A stretch of 64,000 bases of DNA from Phoronis australis. Taxonomy: Eukaryota > Animalia > Phoronida. The notes under the pieces were generated by a model that was given only the letters and a program-made list of their open reading frames with translations, was not told where the DNA came from and made no database searches. The stretch lies in contig NMRA01000068.1 in NCBI GenBank assembly GCA_002633005.1, positions 1,071,092-1,135,091 of the forward strand. The letters run 5' to 3'. The first letter of the stretch is position 1. Every line of letters starts with the position of its first letter. This document shows, in pieces, positions 1-13,000 of this stretch. The translations under genes and the position numbers were made by a program.

Positions 1-414
1 TATTGAGAAATGGCTTTCTGAACACTAAAGGATTGTTTGGATTTTGACGTGCATTAATTTTGTTCATTTTTTGGAAATGAGATGCAGAAACAGGCGTGCT
101 CACACTTTGATTAGCTTGTTAAACACAGAACAACGTCCTATATCTCTGAGCAAGTAGTACTTAAATTCTGGAAGTAAATATCAAGTTTACAAAAATCGCA
201 TCACATGAACATAAATTTCACATTTTCTGCACGTTTTTGTGGTCCTTTAATCGACATAATCATAGTATGTCAGTAGATTTTAATTTATTTTTAAGTTCCA
301 ACTCTCCATTTTGAACCACGTGTCTTACACTTCAAGTGTTTCAATAATGCGGTCCTGCTGTGGCTGCATCAGCTTCTCCCAGTTTTAATTGTCAATTGTT
401 GATTAATTTTGCAA

Positions 415-830
415 GCATGCCATGTGTACTTGAACATAAGACAATACTTTTGTTCACAACATGTTTCTTGTTCGTCAGGTTCCATAACACATGGTCATGT
501 GTACTTGATCATACCACAATACTCCTGTTCATCAGGTTCAATGTCAGTTATGCGTTTTTGAAAATAACACAATACTCTTGTTCATCAGATTCAGCGACAG
601 ATGGTCATTCATACTTGAATATAACACAATACTCTTGTTCATAAGATTCAGCGACAGTCATGCGTACTTGAATATAACACAATACTCTTGTTCATCAGAT
701 TCAATGACAAACAGTCATTCATACTTGAACATAACACTGACAATTGTTCATCAGATTCAACGACAAACAGTCATGCGCACTTGAACATAATACAATACTC
801 TTGTTCATTAGGTTCAATGACAAGCCAGAT
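415..830 (+). repeat. ~55-bp minisatellite (~7 units) including the VWA3B splice acceptor
   Basis: Unit tacttgaayataacacaatactcttgttcatcagrttcarygacarycagtcat. Confidence 0.9.
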
Positions 831-1061
831 TTCGAGGAGAATAAACTGAAACTGATGCAGGCATTGGATCGGTGTGGATGGCCTGTCAAAGAGGGCGACA
901 TTGATCTTCTGGAAAGAGAAATACAGAAAGCAGAGAAATACTTGCAGCAATCACAGGACCTGAGGAAAGCGTCAAAATTGAAGTCGCCTAAGGAAGAAGA
1001 CGCAGAGTTTGATGATGCCGCTAGCCTTCTGTCTGAGGTCACACTAAGTAATAAATATGAG
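812..1061 (+). CDS. VWA3B: VWA3B-like exon (RFNDKPDFEENKLKLMQALDRCGWPV...NKYE)
   Basis: Acceptor ttgttcattag|g at 811/812, donor gag|gtcagt at 1061/1062; in frame with ORF 744-1079. Confidence 0.85.
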
Positions 1062-4000
1062 GTCAGTGGATCTGCTTAGCTCGTCCCTTTTTAACAATGT
1101 CGGTGGATAGGCTGATACTCCATCATATTGAGGTTTATGGATGGGTTTAGTCTGTCTCTCTATAAATGAGGTCAGTGGATAGGCTATGGTCCTCTCTCTC
1201 TTTAAAAGGGGCAGTAGGTGGGATTATGCCCTCCTTTTATTTGGGGTCAGTGAATATCCTAACCCCATCTCTCCTTTGTATGGGGTCAGTTGGTACTTAC
1301 GCTTTAATATCCCGTCCCTTTAACTGAATGTTTGGTTAACATGGACAGATTTTGCCCTTTTGTGAACTCTGCCTGGCAATGCTACTATAGGTAAACAACA
1401 AACTGCAATCTGCTGGTCATCTTATCTAGAATAAGTTTGATTACATTGATGGCAGCATGCATGCGCATTCTAGGTAACTTGAACAAAAATTATTTTTATG
1501 AAAATTTTGGTTAGTGATGAAATTAATCGAAATTGTTCAATGTTAAAATATTAAGTTTCCAATGTTAATCTGTCTCAATATTTGAGAGTTTTTATATATT
1601 TATTTTTGAAAACATTCTAAAATCTTTAAAATTTCTATGTTAATAAATGCGTACCATTGATGTGTTTTTATTCCCTGAAACTTCCATGTTGTGATTGTTT
1701 ATTGTGAGTCCTAAATTTGTTGATTTCCTTGCTCGCTCTTGTGCTACTTTCCTAGACCTGGTTGTGGCTCTTAAAATTTCCAGGCTTTCAAACACACAGT
1801 CAGTGACATCGACAGTTATTAAATACTGTTGCTGGTTCAACTATAAAATAATTAAGCCAAGTTTTCACAAATGACATTGCCATAGTTATCATGCTCTAAA
1901 CTTAGTTAGTAGTCTCACATGATAGTTCCTGGTGTGAATACACTACTGGTGTGTGCTGGTCTAACATCACTGCTTACCCGAGTGTTGCCATACCATAAGC
2001 TGCCAATGTTAAGCTATGAATATGACGTTACACAGCAAACACACTTATCCAATGGACAAGATTTCATATTTTATGCAACCCAGCCTCGAAGTCTTGTTAC
2101 TAGGTAGCTGAAAGTAGTTAGTTATCTGAGACGTGTTAGTTAGCTGAGACTTGTTAGTTAACTTCAGACTAGTTAGTTAACTTAGACTAGTTAGTTAGCT
2201 GAGAATAGTTAGTTACTGAGACTCGTTTGTTAGCTAAGTCTCTGAGTACTGTATACGGTGTGTTTACACAGTTTAATACTTGTCTTAAATATTGGAAATA
2301 CCAAATAATCTCATAATGTGTCTTAAAATTATTTTTTGTTTTTATTAGTTTCCGAAAAGTTCTCAAATTAACTCAAGGAGATTTTCATGAGTTTCCCTTT
2401 GAGTATAAGCAAAGACTATATGTGAAGAGAATAATCTTTAAGAGCTGATGACTGAAATGGGGGAATTTCATACTGCTGTCATTTTTCAATTGCATTATGA
2501 GACATTTGTCATCCCGTAAACCGACGATGACATAACAGATAAGTTGTGGGTGTATAACCTGATTTATAATTTGCATTTTAGGTTGTGAAACTTACTTCAG
2601 TGTGATCAGATAATTCATGCCATCGAGAATCTTTCACTTATTCTAATCTCTGTGAATCGGTCCACTTCTAGTCTCACTTTTAGTGTGTTATTTGTATGTT
2701 ATGGTTGATTAGCCGTATTTGCACCAGAAAGCATGGTACAGTGGACCTTTCAATGCTGGTGCGCTCAAGTAGCAAGTGTTGTTACATAGCATCAAGTTAT
2801 CTGTGATGTAACTGGTTGTTTACGAGCTGACTACCGATCCCTCAATGCTCTTGAAAAACGACAGCAGTGCTGTAGATGAAATCCAGTGAACTGATAAGTC
2901 TTGTATTCTGCCTAATACCTATGAATGGGGTAACATACTCAGTCAAGTGCATTGGTACAGCAAGTATTGATCATCTTCATGCAAAACTCAAATTTGAATT
3001 CATCTAATCACAGTCTTTACTGCCACCTGGTGTCCAACTGCTCTCTCATTACTGACTAATCAGCACCTCATATGGATCCCATAGCACATGAGAACTAAGC
3101 ACATTAATGTAATTCTTAAACTGGTGTGGAAATGTATATCGCAAAAATTTTTAAATTTGGTCAACACGCTACCTGTGGTCACGTGATGTGGCCACAGGTG
3201 GCTTGCCGACCAGACTTAAAAGTAAGCACATTAAAAATGAACATGCACTCTACAAATGAACCTTCCTGGTGTAATGGTTCAAATCGTGTTTTGTTGTATG
3301 TCACCCTAACGGTGTTGTATTTGTGACAGCATTGCCTAACAATGTGATTCTCAGCTTATAACTAATGGCTTGTTAATTAGGTCTTAGTTATTATATATAT
3401 TGATGACATTTTTATATCTAAGCTTTTAGTCTTAGACTTTAATTTGTAGATTTAGTTCATCAAGCTTTTGCCAATTTTAGATCACAATCGAGCACAACTC
3501 ACTGAGCATGTTCAACCACGGAATTCATTGCAAACTGTGATTAAAAATTTTCTCTTTTTGCTCAAACTTGTAACTGTGATATGTTATCAAACTGAACTTT
3601 ACTGTTGTTTCCAAAATGTAATATTTTGTGAATAAAATTGTATGAAAAATGGTCACAAGCATTTTTATATTTGTGTGTAGTTTGATGTTTGTCATTCCGT
3701 TGTGTGCTCAGCTTTTTGTGCTCGGTTTGTCTTTCTATCTGTGCTTGCTTTGTCTTCCTTTTCATTTCCTGACCTCACATTTCCATGGACCAACCCCCCA
3801 AATTTAAGGTCGTGGTCCCATTTTCTAATTTTTCCTGCATATAGGCACATGAGTGCACCTATTGAGCCACATGAGTTACCAATCTCTACAGTTTGCTGTG
3901 TTGGCATATCTGAAGGACATGGCTTTAAGAGAAACATTTATTCACAGCACATTAATTTGTCCTCATTCCATGTCAGCGACACAATTTCAGTTTATAGGCC

Positions 4001-7000
4001 CCCTGTTTCTGATAATATTACCTGCACTCGTTGTGAGAATGTAAAATATGGGCTGGGGCTTAGTCAAAAACTGTTGCCACAAAATTTAATTACCATGGAG
4101 AGTATTGCATTATTTTCTTTCACAATATGGCTCTCTCCACATATGCGTTGGATACATAAGACATAGGTTGCTGTGTGTGGTTGGATGAATATATCTTGCC
4201 ATTGGCCATATCATATATTCAAAACAAGTAAATTTAATTTTATAACATTGACATCAGCATTTTGAGTTCAGTTACAGCAACTATAAAGTGATTGAAGAAA
4301 GCAGATGAGAATCTTGGACACACAATCTTCCATTGTGAACACTGGTCTGTTGCATTCAGCTTGCTGACAGTTTCCAGAAATTTTTAACTTCAGGCAAGGA
4401 GACACCTTTCCATGGGCCACGGAACTCTTGTCAGGAAGCTGATCGAGCCCTTGCCACACTGCACAAAACGTCATGCTCTGCAAACTTATCTCGCACAAAA
4501 ACCAACAATGAATCGTGCACAGTCTAACTAATGCACATTGCACTATTACCTCAGAACATTGCCATGCAGTGGTGCTTATAAACACACTGATACATTTCGG
4601 ATAACCAATGAGTTTCTCGCGTGTTGCAAAGTTTAAAGTAGCGATCGTGGTATTTTAATGGAAATGTTTCCTGAGAAAATTTAAAATTGGATGGGCGTAT
4701 GGTCGAATGTAAGCCCACGAAGACGAGACATTACTTTATAAATAATGTGGGATTGATTGTAAATGTCTTCCTGATGGTAAGTAAGTTGCACAGTTGTAGT
4801 AAACTTAAGCTGGCAAGTTTGTAGTCCTTGAGTGAACTGGGCATGACAAATGTCGCATCAGGAGAACTAACATTGGGCTTGCCATTTTTACAAAATTACC
4901 CATTTTCAACCAAGTACATTCTTGGGAATTTGTGTGGCAAGGATTTAATTTACGTGGGAGGTACGTGTAACAATCTCAGAAAGTGAAATTATGTTCAAGG
5001 GACAATGCATTTTCAAAATCAAAGGACAATTTTATCGTGCTTATTGATTTATGGTTTATGAATTCATAAAAAATACAAATTAAATAGCTAGTTTCTGAAC
5101 AATGAAATTGATGTTCGGAATCCTCTGTTGGCATTATGAATATTTATTAATTTAAAGTTCTTTAAAAGACTGGGTGACCACTTCAGTGATTTTCAAGTGG
5201 GCCTATATAGTTGGAAATTAAATTACATGAAGTAATATACAGGGAGCTGTATGTACAATTAGATTGAAAAGATTTAATAAACAAAATAAATTGGTACAAA
5301 AATTGGTTAATATGTACAATTAGATGAATAAATTAGATAAGATAGGGTAAAAACATGGGAAGATAGCGAAGCGTTTTCATACCAAATTTTGAAGTTGTGC
5401 TGTGAAGTTATTTGTGTGCATTTGAAAAGAAAGATGGAAAATATCTGACGTCATTATTACCTAGACTGCATAATTATACTATGTAACACAAGCAGGATTC
5501 AGGCCAGTCAATTTTTTTGCAGTTGCTGTCATTGGTAATTGTAGCACATATTTCAGAAGTCTGGTGGAATCATTAATTCTTGAAAATGTGTAGTTTTTCA
5601 AAAAACAGCTTTATTCTTTGATAGGCAGGGCTGCTTGTTTTAATTTATGATCTCTCTCGAAATACTCGATTAACTCGGTGTTCATGCATGGAAATACATA
5701 ATTTTTCAATGAATGTCACTTAGAGTTGTGCATTTAGAGTGGCCGGGTTATCTGGACCTCATCTGTATGTCAGTTGATGTAGAAGCTGGTGTAAATAAGA
5801 ATAGTTTGTGTAATGCTGGCAACCATTTCTATATTTTCAAAATTGTTCTATTGGTTATGACATGTCTTCGATAACAACAATGTTTTGCTTGAGGCAATTT
5901 GAGGCAATTTAAATTCTTCAATTTTTTGTTGGTATGTTGTGCTTGCAGCTTAGTACTCCTACTTAATTGGAATTTTGAAATACCTGATTATTGTGGCAAC
6001 AGTTCACTAGTTTGGCAACTCCCCTAGGTAGGGAAGGTCTCTAAAATACTTTGTGCATGGTTGCTTGCTTCTAACATGACTGCCATCAAGTTTAAAAGTG
6101 AACTTCAAAATACCTGGTTGTAATGGTAAATGATACTAAATTCAGCTTTGCAGTTCCCTACTAGGTTAGTCCTGGTATTCTGGGCATGCAGGTTGCTTGC
6201 TTCTAACATTACTGCCGTCAAATCCCACATTATTGATTTTGGGTGGCAAAGGGACTGGCTACAACTGTGGATCACCTTGGCATCCTCCCCTCAAGTTTAA
6301 GATCACTGTAAATACTTTGAATGCGATTGCCTAAATATGACTTAGTTAATTGTAAAACGTTAAAATTAATTGCTGATTTTGGGCAGCTGACTAATTAGAC
6401 ACCATAACAAGTTTGAAGAAGAGACATATTGCGTTTTAAACATGACATACCGACCCAAAAAACTTTGCCTTATTTTCGGGTCAGTGGAAATTCCTGAGAA
6501 TTGTTTGGCCGGTAACATGCGATTTCATGGCTATAATACCTGATGGCGTTGAGTTTCATTGGCAGGCCAGGTGTAATTACCATGTTTATTGCCCGGCCCT
6601 TACGGCCCAGAATCCATGAAATCGCTGATAAAAGCGTGTCAAGTTTATGATAGTCCCTATAACCCTGGTATTCTATCTCGAACATTTCGCGTTATGGATA
6701 GTAAACTATGCTTTCCTGTTAAGCTAGTAGGCTCTGTGACATTTTTGAAAGGTGATGTAAATTCAAAGCTAAGCCAGTAATTGTTACGTGAAATTTCAGT
6801 TTGAGCAATAAATGACCAGATTCTCATTGATTGAATTAATTTGTATCTCAAGCATACATTGTACACAATGACAGAGCTAACTTCATCATTGACAATATCT
6901 GCCAATTTGTTTGATTGTGGTCAAAACCCAGGGCTCAAAACATCAAATAGACATCGAGATTGAAAGCTACACCTTGGTTTGATCGTGGTCATAGTTTTGT

Positions 7001-10000
7001 TCACACATTTGGAAGCCAATGTGTATGCTTATTGTTATGTGCAGAGTGCAATGTGGGATGTAACATGTCACATTTTCTTAAACAACTCTGTTCCAATGTG
7101 TTCACAGGGTCTGGGTGACATTGTGGAGAAAAAGGCCGTTGGTAATGAACACCAGGGGGCTCCACTCAACAGTAGGAAAGTGAAGAAAGTTCTAGACACA
7201 CTACGAGGTCAAAGTGTTGTGGCGCGTTACCATATAGATGGACTGTACTACCAAGGGTTTGTTATCAAATCAATGGATGTGAGACATGCGAAGGTGGAGC
7301 TTCAGGACATAGGGCAGCTGATCATCCCCACAAGATTCATCATACCAATAGGGGGAGCTGTGGCTCGTCCAGTACTTAGGGTGAATACATATACTTATTA
7401 TATACTAAACTTTGTTGAAAACACGACTAGACTTTTTGTTTGCAAGCTTGATACTAGTTCGCTCGTAGTGTCTGAGCAATCTCCTTTCTTCAGGTGTGCA
7501 GCTATGTAGCAAAACACCGAGAGACATGTACATCAATGTAACAAACAAAGGAGATTGTTCCGACACTACGAGTGAGCCCGTATCAAGCTTGCAAACAAAA
7601 AGTCTTGTAGACAAATGTATTCAACAAAGTTACTAAACGATTGGCTGCTACCACATTATGCTTATTATATAGTGTATACAAGTTGTTTCTGCCTTTCATT
7701 TCATACATTATGAGTGTTAAGCTAAGTGTGGTTGCAGTGATGGTAACCACTCTTTGATGGATGTTTAAATTTAGTGACCATGTTTTGAAATGAGAGGAAC
7801 GGTGTAACAATTGAAAATCTGAGTTGTGATACACTATATCTCTCAAACTGTTTGCTGGCTTCTAATGGTCCCCACGGGTCTTTAATACCCAATCTGAGTT
7901 GCCAACCAATTCAATGATAATGCCAATTGTCTGTAATGAAAAAAGTTTAAGTTAATTATTCCGCAACCATTGCTAGACGCTGCAGGTACACTGGGGACAT
8001 AATAACCAAAGTGAACTTAACGTCTGCTGCAGGTGGGAGACCATGTGATGGTCCACGTGGTCAAGGATGGCAAGCTGGAGTGTTATGTACCTGCAGTTGT
8101 ACAGGTGACCCCACGGCGTATTGAGGATCAAGCCAAGTTTTATACTGTGATGATGTATAATGGAGCCGAGGTATTGCTACACAGCCACTTTAAAATTACT
8201 GCATGTTTTATTTACTTTAAGTTATGCCTTTGTTTGATAATTTGCTATTTGAGAGTCGCGCAACATAATATGCTACCTGCGACAGGTGGAGCAGCTAAGT
8301 TTTTACTAAGTGATTACCAAGTTGGAACACGTGTTACAGCTTTGTGTGGATTTGTATAAATAATATTGTACTCAAGAAGCCATCTGTTACATGACTCGGG
8401 TCTGGGTGAGCAGTGCTTACCTCGCCACTTATGGCTAACTAAGAGATCCAGTTCAGTCAAGTTATCAGAGGTGGGGTAACAAAGTACTAGACTTTGCTAT
8501 TGTGTTATTGGCAAGCTCACGATGACTCTATTCATTAACTGTGGAACTTTGTGACATTTGGAAAAAGCATACAGATCATCCCATACAATTCCAATTCTTT
8601 ATTTGTGTGTTGATGTAAGCATGTGTCATCTGTAGAATTGATATGCGTGTTCCATCTGTTTAAGAATTCTTGATAGAGTCAATGTTTTGTTTTATCAATG
8701 GCATCATTGTTGTGACAGCCAGTGAAACAGATTTATAAGATGCTTTACTACGTAGCTCATAATGTTGATTATTATTTTAGGCTACTGCCATGAGAAGTAT
8801 GCTGATCAAAATCAGTAAATCTCGCTATTCCTTTTCTGTACGTTACATTGACTCACTAAAGAGTGGCAGCACTGAAGATGAGAAAGACAGGTGAGGATGT
8901 TATGGGATTAAATTGTAGACCTGACTAATTCACTGCAGCTTTACTAATTATTAGGTTTATTGGGATACTGGTAATTAACAGTCTCTGCACTTTTATTAAA
9001 ATTTTGACCTGTGTTTTTTTTTTTCGTTTCTTCATTGCCACATTTTTGGGGTCGTTATCAACAACATGTCTTCCAGAAATGAAAATCAGTCGCAGTTTGC
9101 TTAGGACAAAGGTTGTGTTTTTGTTTGTGATTGTGTGTTACTTGGTCAACTTGGTCATTGAATCGGTCAGTCACTGGGTCAGTTAGTTAGTCACTTGGTC
9201 AGTTTCCCAGTCAGTCACTCAGTCAGTCATTCGGTCTGTCGTTCAGTCAGTCACTCAGGTTATGACAGTTAGTTGGTCTGTCAGTCACTCAGTCAGTCAC
9301 TCATTCAGTCACTCAGTCTGTTTCCGAGTCAGTCACTTGGTCAGTTGCTCGGCCAGTCACTCAGTCAGTCTCTCAATCAGTAATTCAGTCAGTTGCTCAT
9401 GCAGTCACTGCAGTAAGTCACTCGCTTAGTCATTTGGTTAGTTGGCTCTGTCTTTCGCTCAGTCAGTTGTTCAGTCACTCACTTGATCAGTCGCTCGGTC
9501 AGAGTCATTCACTCAGTCATTCACTCAGTCATTCACTCAGTCACCATTTTTGATTGTGTGACACTCGGTCACTTAATTGCTTAGTGTCCAACAAAAAAAC
9601 AAAAGCAATCACCTGTTATATCTTTTTCCGAAACTTATTTTGTTTACAAAACACAACTTCACTATATTTATAGCTATAAATATGTTAAATATGAAAACCA
9701 ACGCAGTGTCAACAAGTGGTTCTAATTAAAGACTGACAAGTATAGTGAGGTGCTCGGGGTGTAGTTTACTGGATACACTTTAACCAAATGGTATGCTAGA
9801 TCAACTCTATATAAGATCATAAATACATTAAGTAAGTCTCTTTCAGTGTTTGTATTTTATACTGCTGTGATAGCACTTAATATTTTTATTTGTTTACTGT
9901 CTCGTAAATATTGATTCGGCTGATGGTGAGTTTAAAAACATGCATATCTAATTAACTGTCACAAGAGTGCCAATGATGTGTGCTATACTCTTTCAGTGGG

Positions 10001-13000
10001 CACAGTGCTAATGAAGATAAAAAAGAGCTGACAGAAGGTAATGCACTCAACCAATCTCACACTACAAATTCACTAAAGGTTTTAACAGATAGTGCTGCTT
10101 GTTTCACGTATAAGCCAACACTCTCAAATTAACATTTCAGTTGAAAATATTAGCATGTTCTATCAGGTGTCATGGTTGGTCGGAAAAAAAGTTTCATTTC
10201 ATGGTTGACTTAAAAGATTTTTAACTTAAAGCACTGCAGAGGCTCTTTCAGTTAAATCTTAATATTTAATTCTTCTTTCAAATTCCCAAGGATTGTGTGA
10301 TCAATGTTCATTTTGACATCATCTGAAATCTGAGAGAGGAATAATTTTTTTATTATTATTAGTATAAAGAACATTAAATACAAGACAAAAAATGCAAGCT
10401 ATTTTCACTCTTAAAAGTTGATGACTGTATGTCATCTTTACTGCTGATTTCTTGTCTCAGATGAAGTTGATGGTGACCAGGTGAAGGACACTCCTTGTGA
10501 TAGTCACGTGTCCAGTGACACCAACAACAATGATAACAAAGACAATGAGAAGGGGTCGGAGGAGGAAATTGAGCAGAACTCTGACCAACTCTCGGACAAA
10601 GGCAGTTGGAAGAACAGTTCAAAGGGTGGACAACTAGATAAAGAACAAATGAGCAATAAATCTGATGGTTGTGATGATAGTTACGGGAAGGATGAAAAGA
10701 GGTTTGAAAAGTTGACTGAGTATCAAGTACGTATGGAAGAGTTGCAGAAGCAGTTGTTGGAAGAGTACAAGAAGCAAGCCAAACAGCAGAAGGTAGGAAA
10801 TTTCTCAGGGGGCATCTCCTGCACACTGCAGGTCTGTATGTGTTGTAGGGGGCTGGGGGCATCTGCTGTAGGTTTGTATGTGTTTTAGGGGGCTGAGGGC
10901 ATCGGCTACGGGCTGAAAGTCTGTATGTGTGGTAGGGGGGATGAAGGCATATCCTGCATGCTGTAGGTCTGTATGTGTTGTAGGGGGGCTGGGGGGGGGC
11001 ATCCACTGCACACTGTAGGTCCTTTTGTGTTGTAGGGGGCTGGGGGTATCTACTGCAGGATGCTCAGTACATTTCGAGCAACAGTGAGTCGATGGCTAGA
11101 CCCCTCAGGCAGCAAGGGAGATGAAAAACGGGTGAAGCTGATGTGACAGGGGGTTGACTTTAAAACAGTCCCTTCAGACATATGCAGTTCGTTTGTGATA
11201 TCCAAATATCCCTAAAGTGTCTGCACGTATTTGTTACATATTTAGCCGTGTTCACTGTGTCCAGTGTCCATACAGGCCACTATGATATAACCGTCTGGCC
11301 GTCAACACTGAAGCATGCTGTTCAGCAGTGGCTTACCTTGCTGTTACAGAAACTAAGAAAGGAGACACGAAGGCTTGCTAAAACTCAGAGGAAGATTCTT
11401 AAAAAGTACAAGCCAGGGGGCAGCATGCAGTTTCTCAAGGAAATACTTGCAACCAAGGTAACGGGGATGTGGCTTATTACCTGCTCTTACTGGATCATAT
11501 GCCTTAACTTGTAACTAATGTAATGAGTGTGGTAAATGTAGTGAGCCAGCATCTGCTGTGTAATGGAATGTTATTTTTGTTCAGCCATGAGCCAGGAGGC
11601 TCTTAACAAATCGTAGTTGAAATCAGTTAAAATGCATAAAATATACATTTAGAATTTGTAAGTTTGGTTTTAGCATCAATTTCTGGTATCTGTATCAGTA
11701 CTTATACTAATTTTCAAATACTGATAACCAACCCTTGTAAACCCGTGAAACTACTGTATTTTTTAAAAATCATAGATGATCATACTATGTCAGGAAAATA
11801 ATGACCAGACATTTTGCGTTATATGTCTGCTTTTTCCTTTTTCTATAAAACCTGTAGTTTAATTACCCCCAAGAGTTCGCCGTTGCTTCCACAGAAACCA
11901 ACTTTTTGTAGGAAATTCTGTTTCTGTATTCTTGTAGTCGCAAAGAGCATTTAGGATTTTATTTGAAAATTTATGGTAGAATAGGTCTTAGATCTGACAA
12001 TCATGTTTTTGGGATGATTGTTGGATAGATTAGACTTCTTGAAGTGTTTTTGTAACATGATAAAAATTGTTTATAAAAGGGTCTCCAGATATTTGGTACT
12101 AGACTAATTGTTAAGTAAACTGAAATAAAGGTTGGTGACATCTGCATTTTCATCCTAATTAGCTGGCTAAAAATGGAAATTTAAAGGAGAATGCCACCCA
12201 AAAAACAACCTATTTTGTATCAATTTAGATCGGGTAGTTCTACTCAATAACGGCACGTTCGGTTGCGGTACCTGACACCTGACGGTAGACGGAGGTGTTG
12301 ATATTATCCAATGACGTCATTGGTTTCACACGCAGTCTATTCAGCAGTTCACAACACGGGTTACTGGTGTCAGCTTATCGCTTGAATTCATCATTTAACT
12401 CCAATAAATCATCAAACTTCGATGTAAAACCCTTAAAAATACACCGAGTTGTTATAAAAACGTGTTGTTTTATTTCGCTGTTACGGATTTATTATGCGCC
12501 CACATATTTACATGTGGACGCATTATGCCGTCATCTCCGTCCGTCCGTCCGTCCGTCCGGGCGGCGTCCGTCCGGCGTCCGCTGCTCTATCTCCAAAACC
12601 CTTTGACATAATACGTTCATGAAATTTGGCACATATGTTCCATTCATGAATAGGACGGCATGAGCGAACATTCGGACGGATCCGACCACCGGTGTGCCCC
12701 CTAGTGGCGATTTTAATTTTTTACACTTACCTTGTCCTGAACGGATTTTCATGAAATTTGGTATGTAGGCACCTATTAGTGAGATGACGCTATCCTTTCG
12801 TTTTCGGATGGATTCGACGTAGTTTGCACCACCTAGTGGCCATTTTTACTGTTTTCGAGTCTGTTTTTTTGCGTCCAGCCCTCTATCAACCAAACCGCTT
12901 GATTTTTGACAGCCAAGTTCTTGGGCTAAAATGTCACTACATATAATCCCAGTTTTCTTGCTTTTTTGACATAAGAAACATAATTTGCATGTTTAGAGCA

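Noticed and set aside
415-830. Regular repeats resembling a CRISPR array
   Set aside because: Whole units repeat with no unique spacers; eukaryotic context, no cas genes.
3702-4166. 154-aa intronic ORF
   Set aside because: No family resemblance, and not needed for phase continuity between 1061 and 7108.
10374-11011. 210-aa and 68-aa Pro-rich minus-strand ORFs
   Set aside because: Antisense read-through of a VWA3B exon and the G-rich minisatellite.
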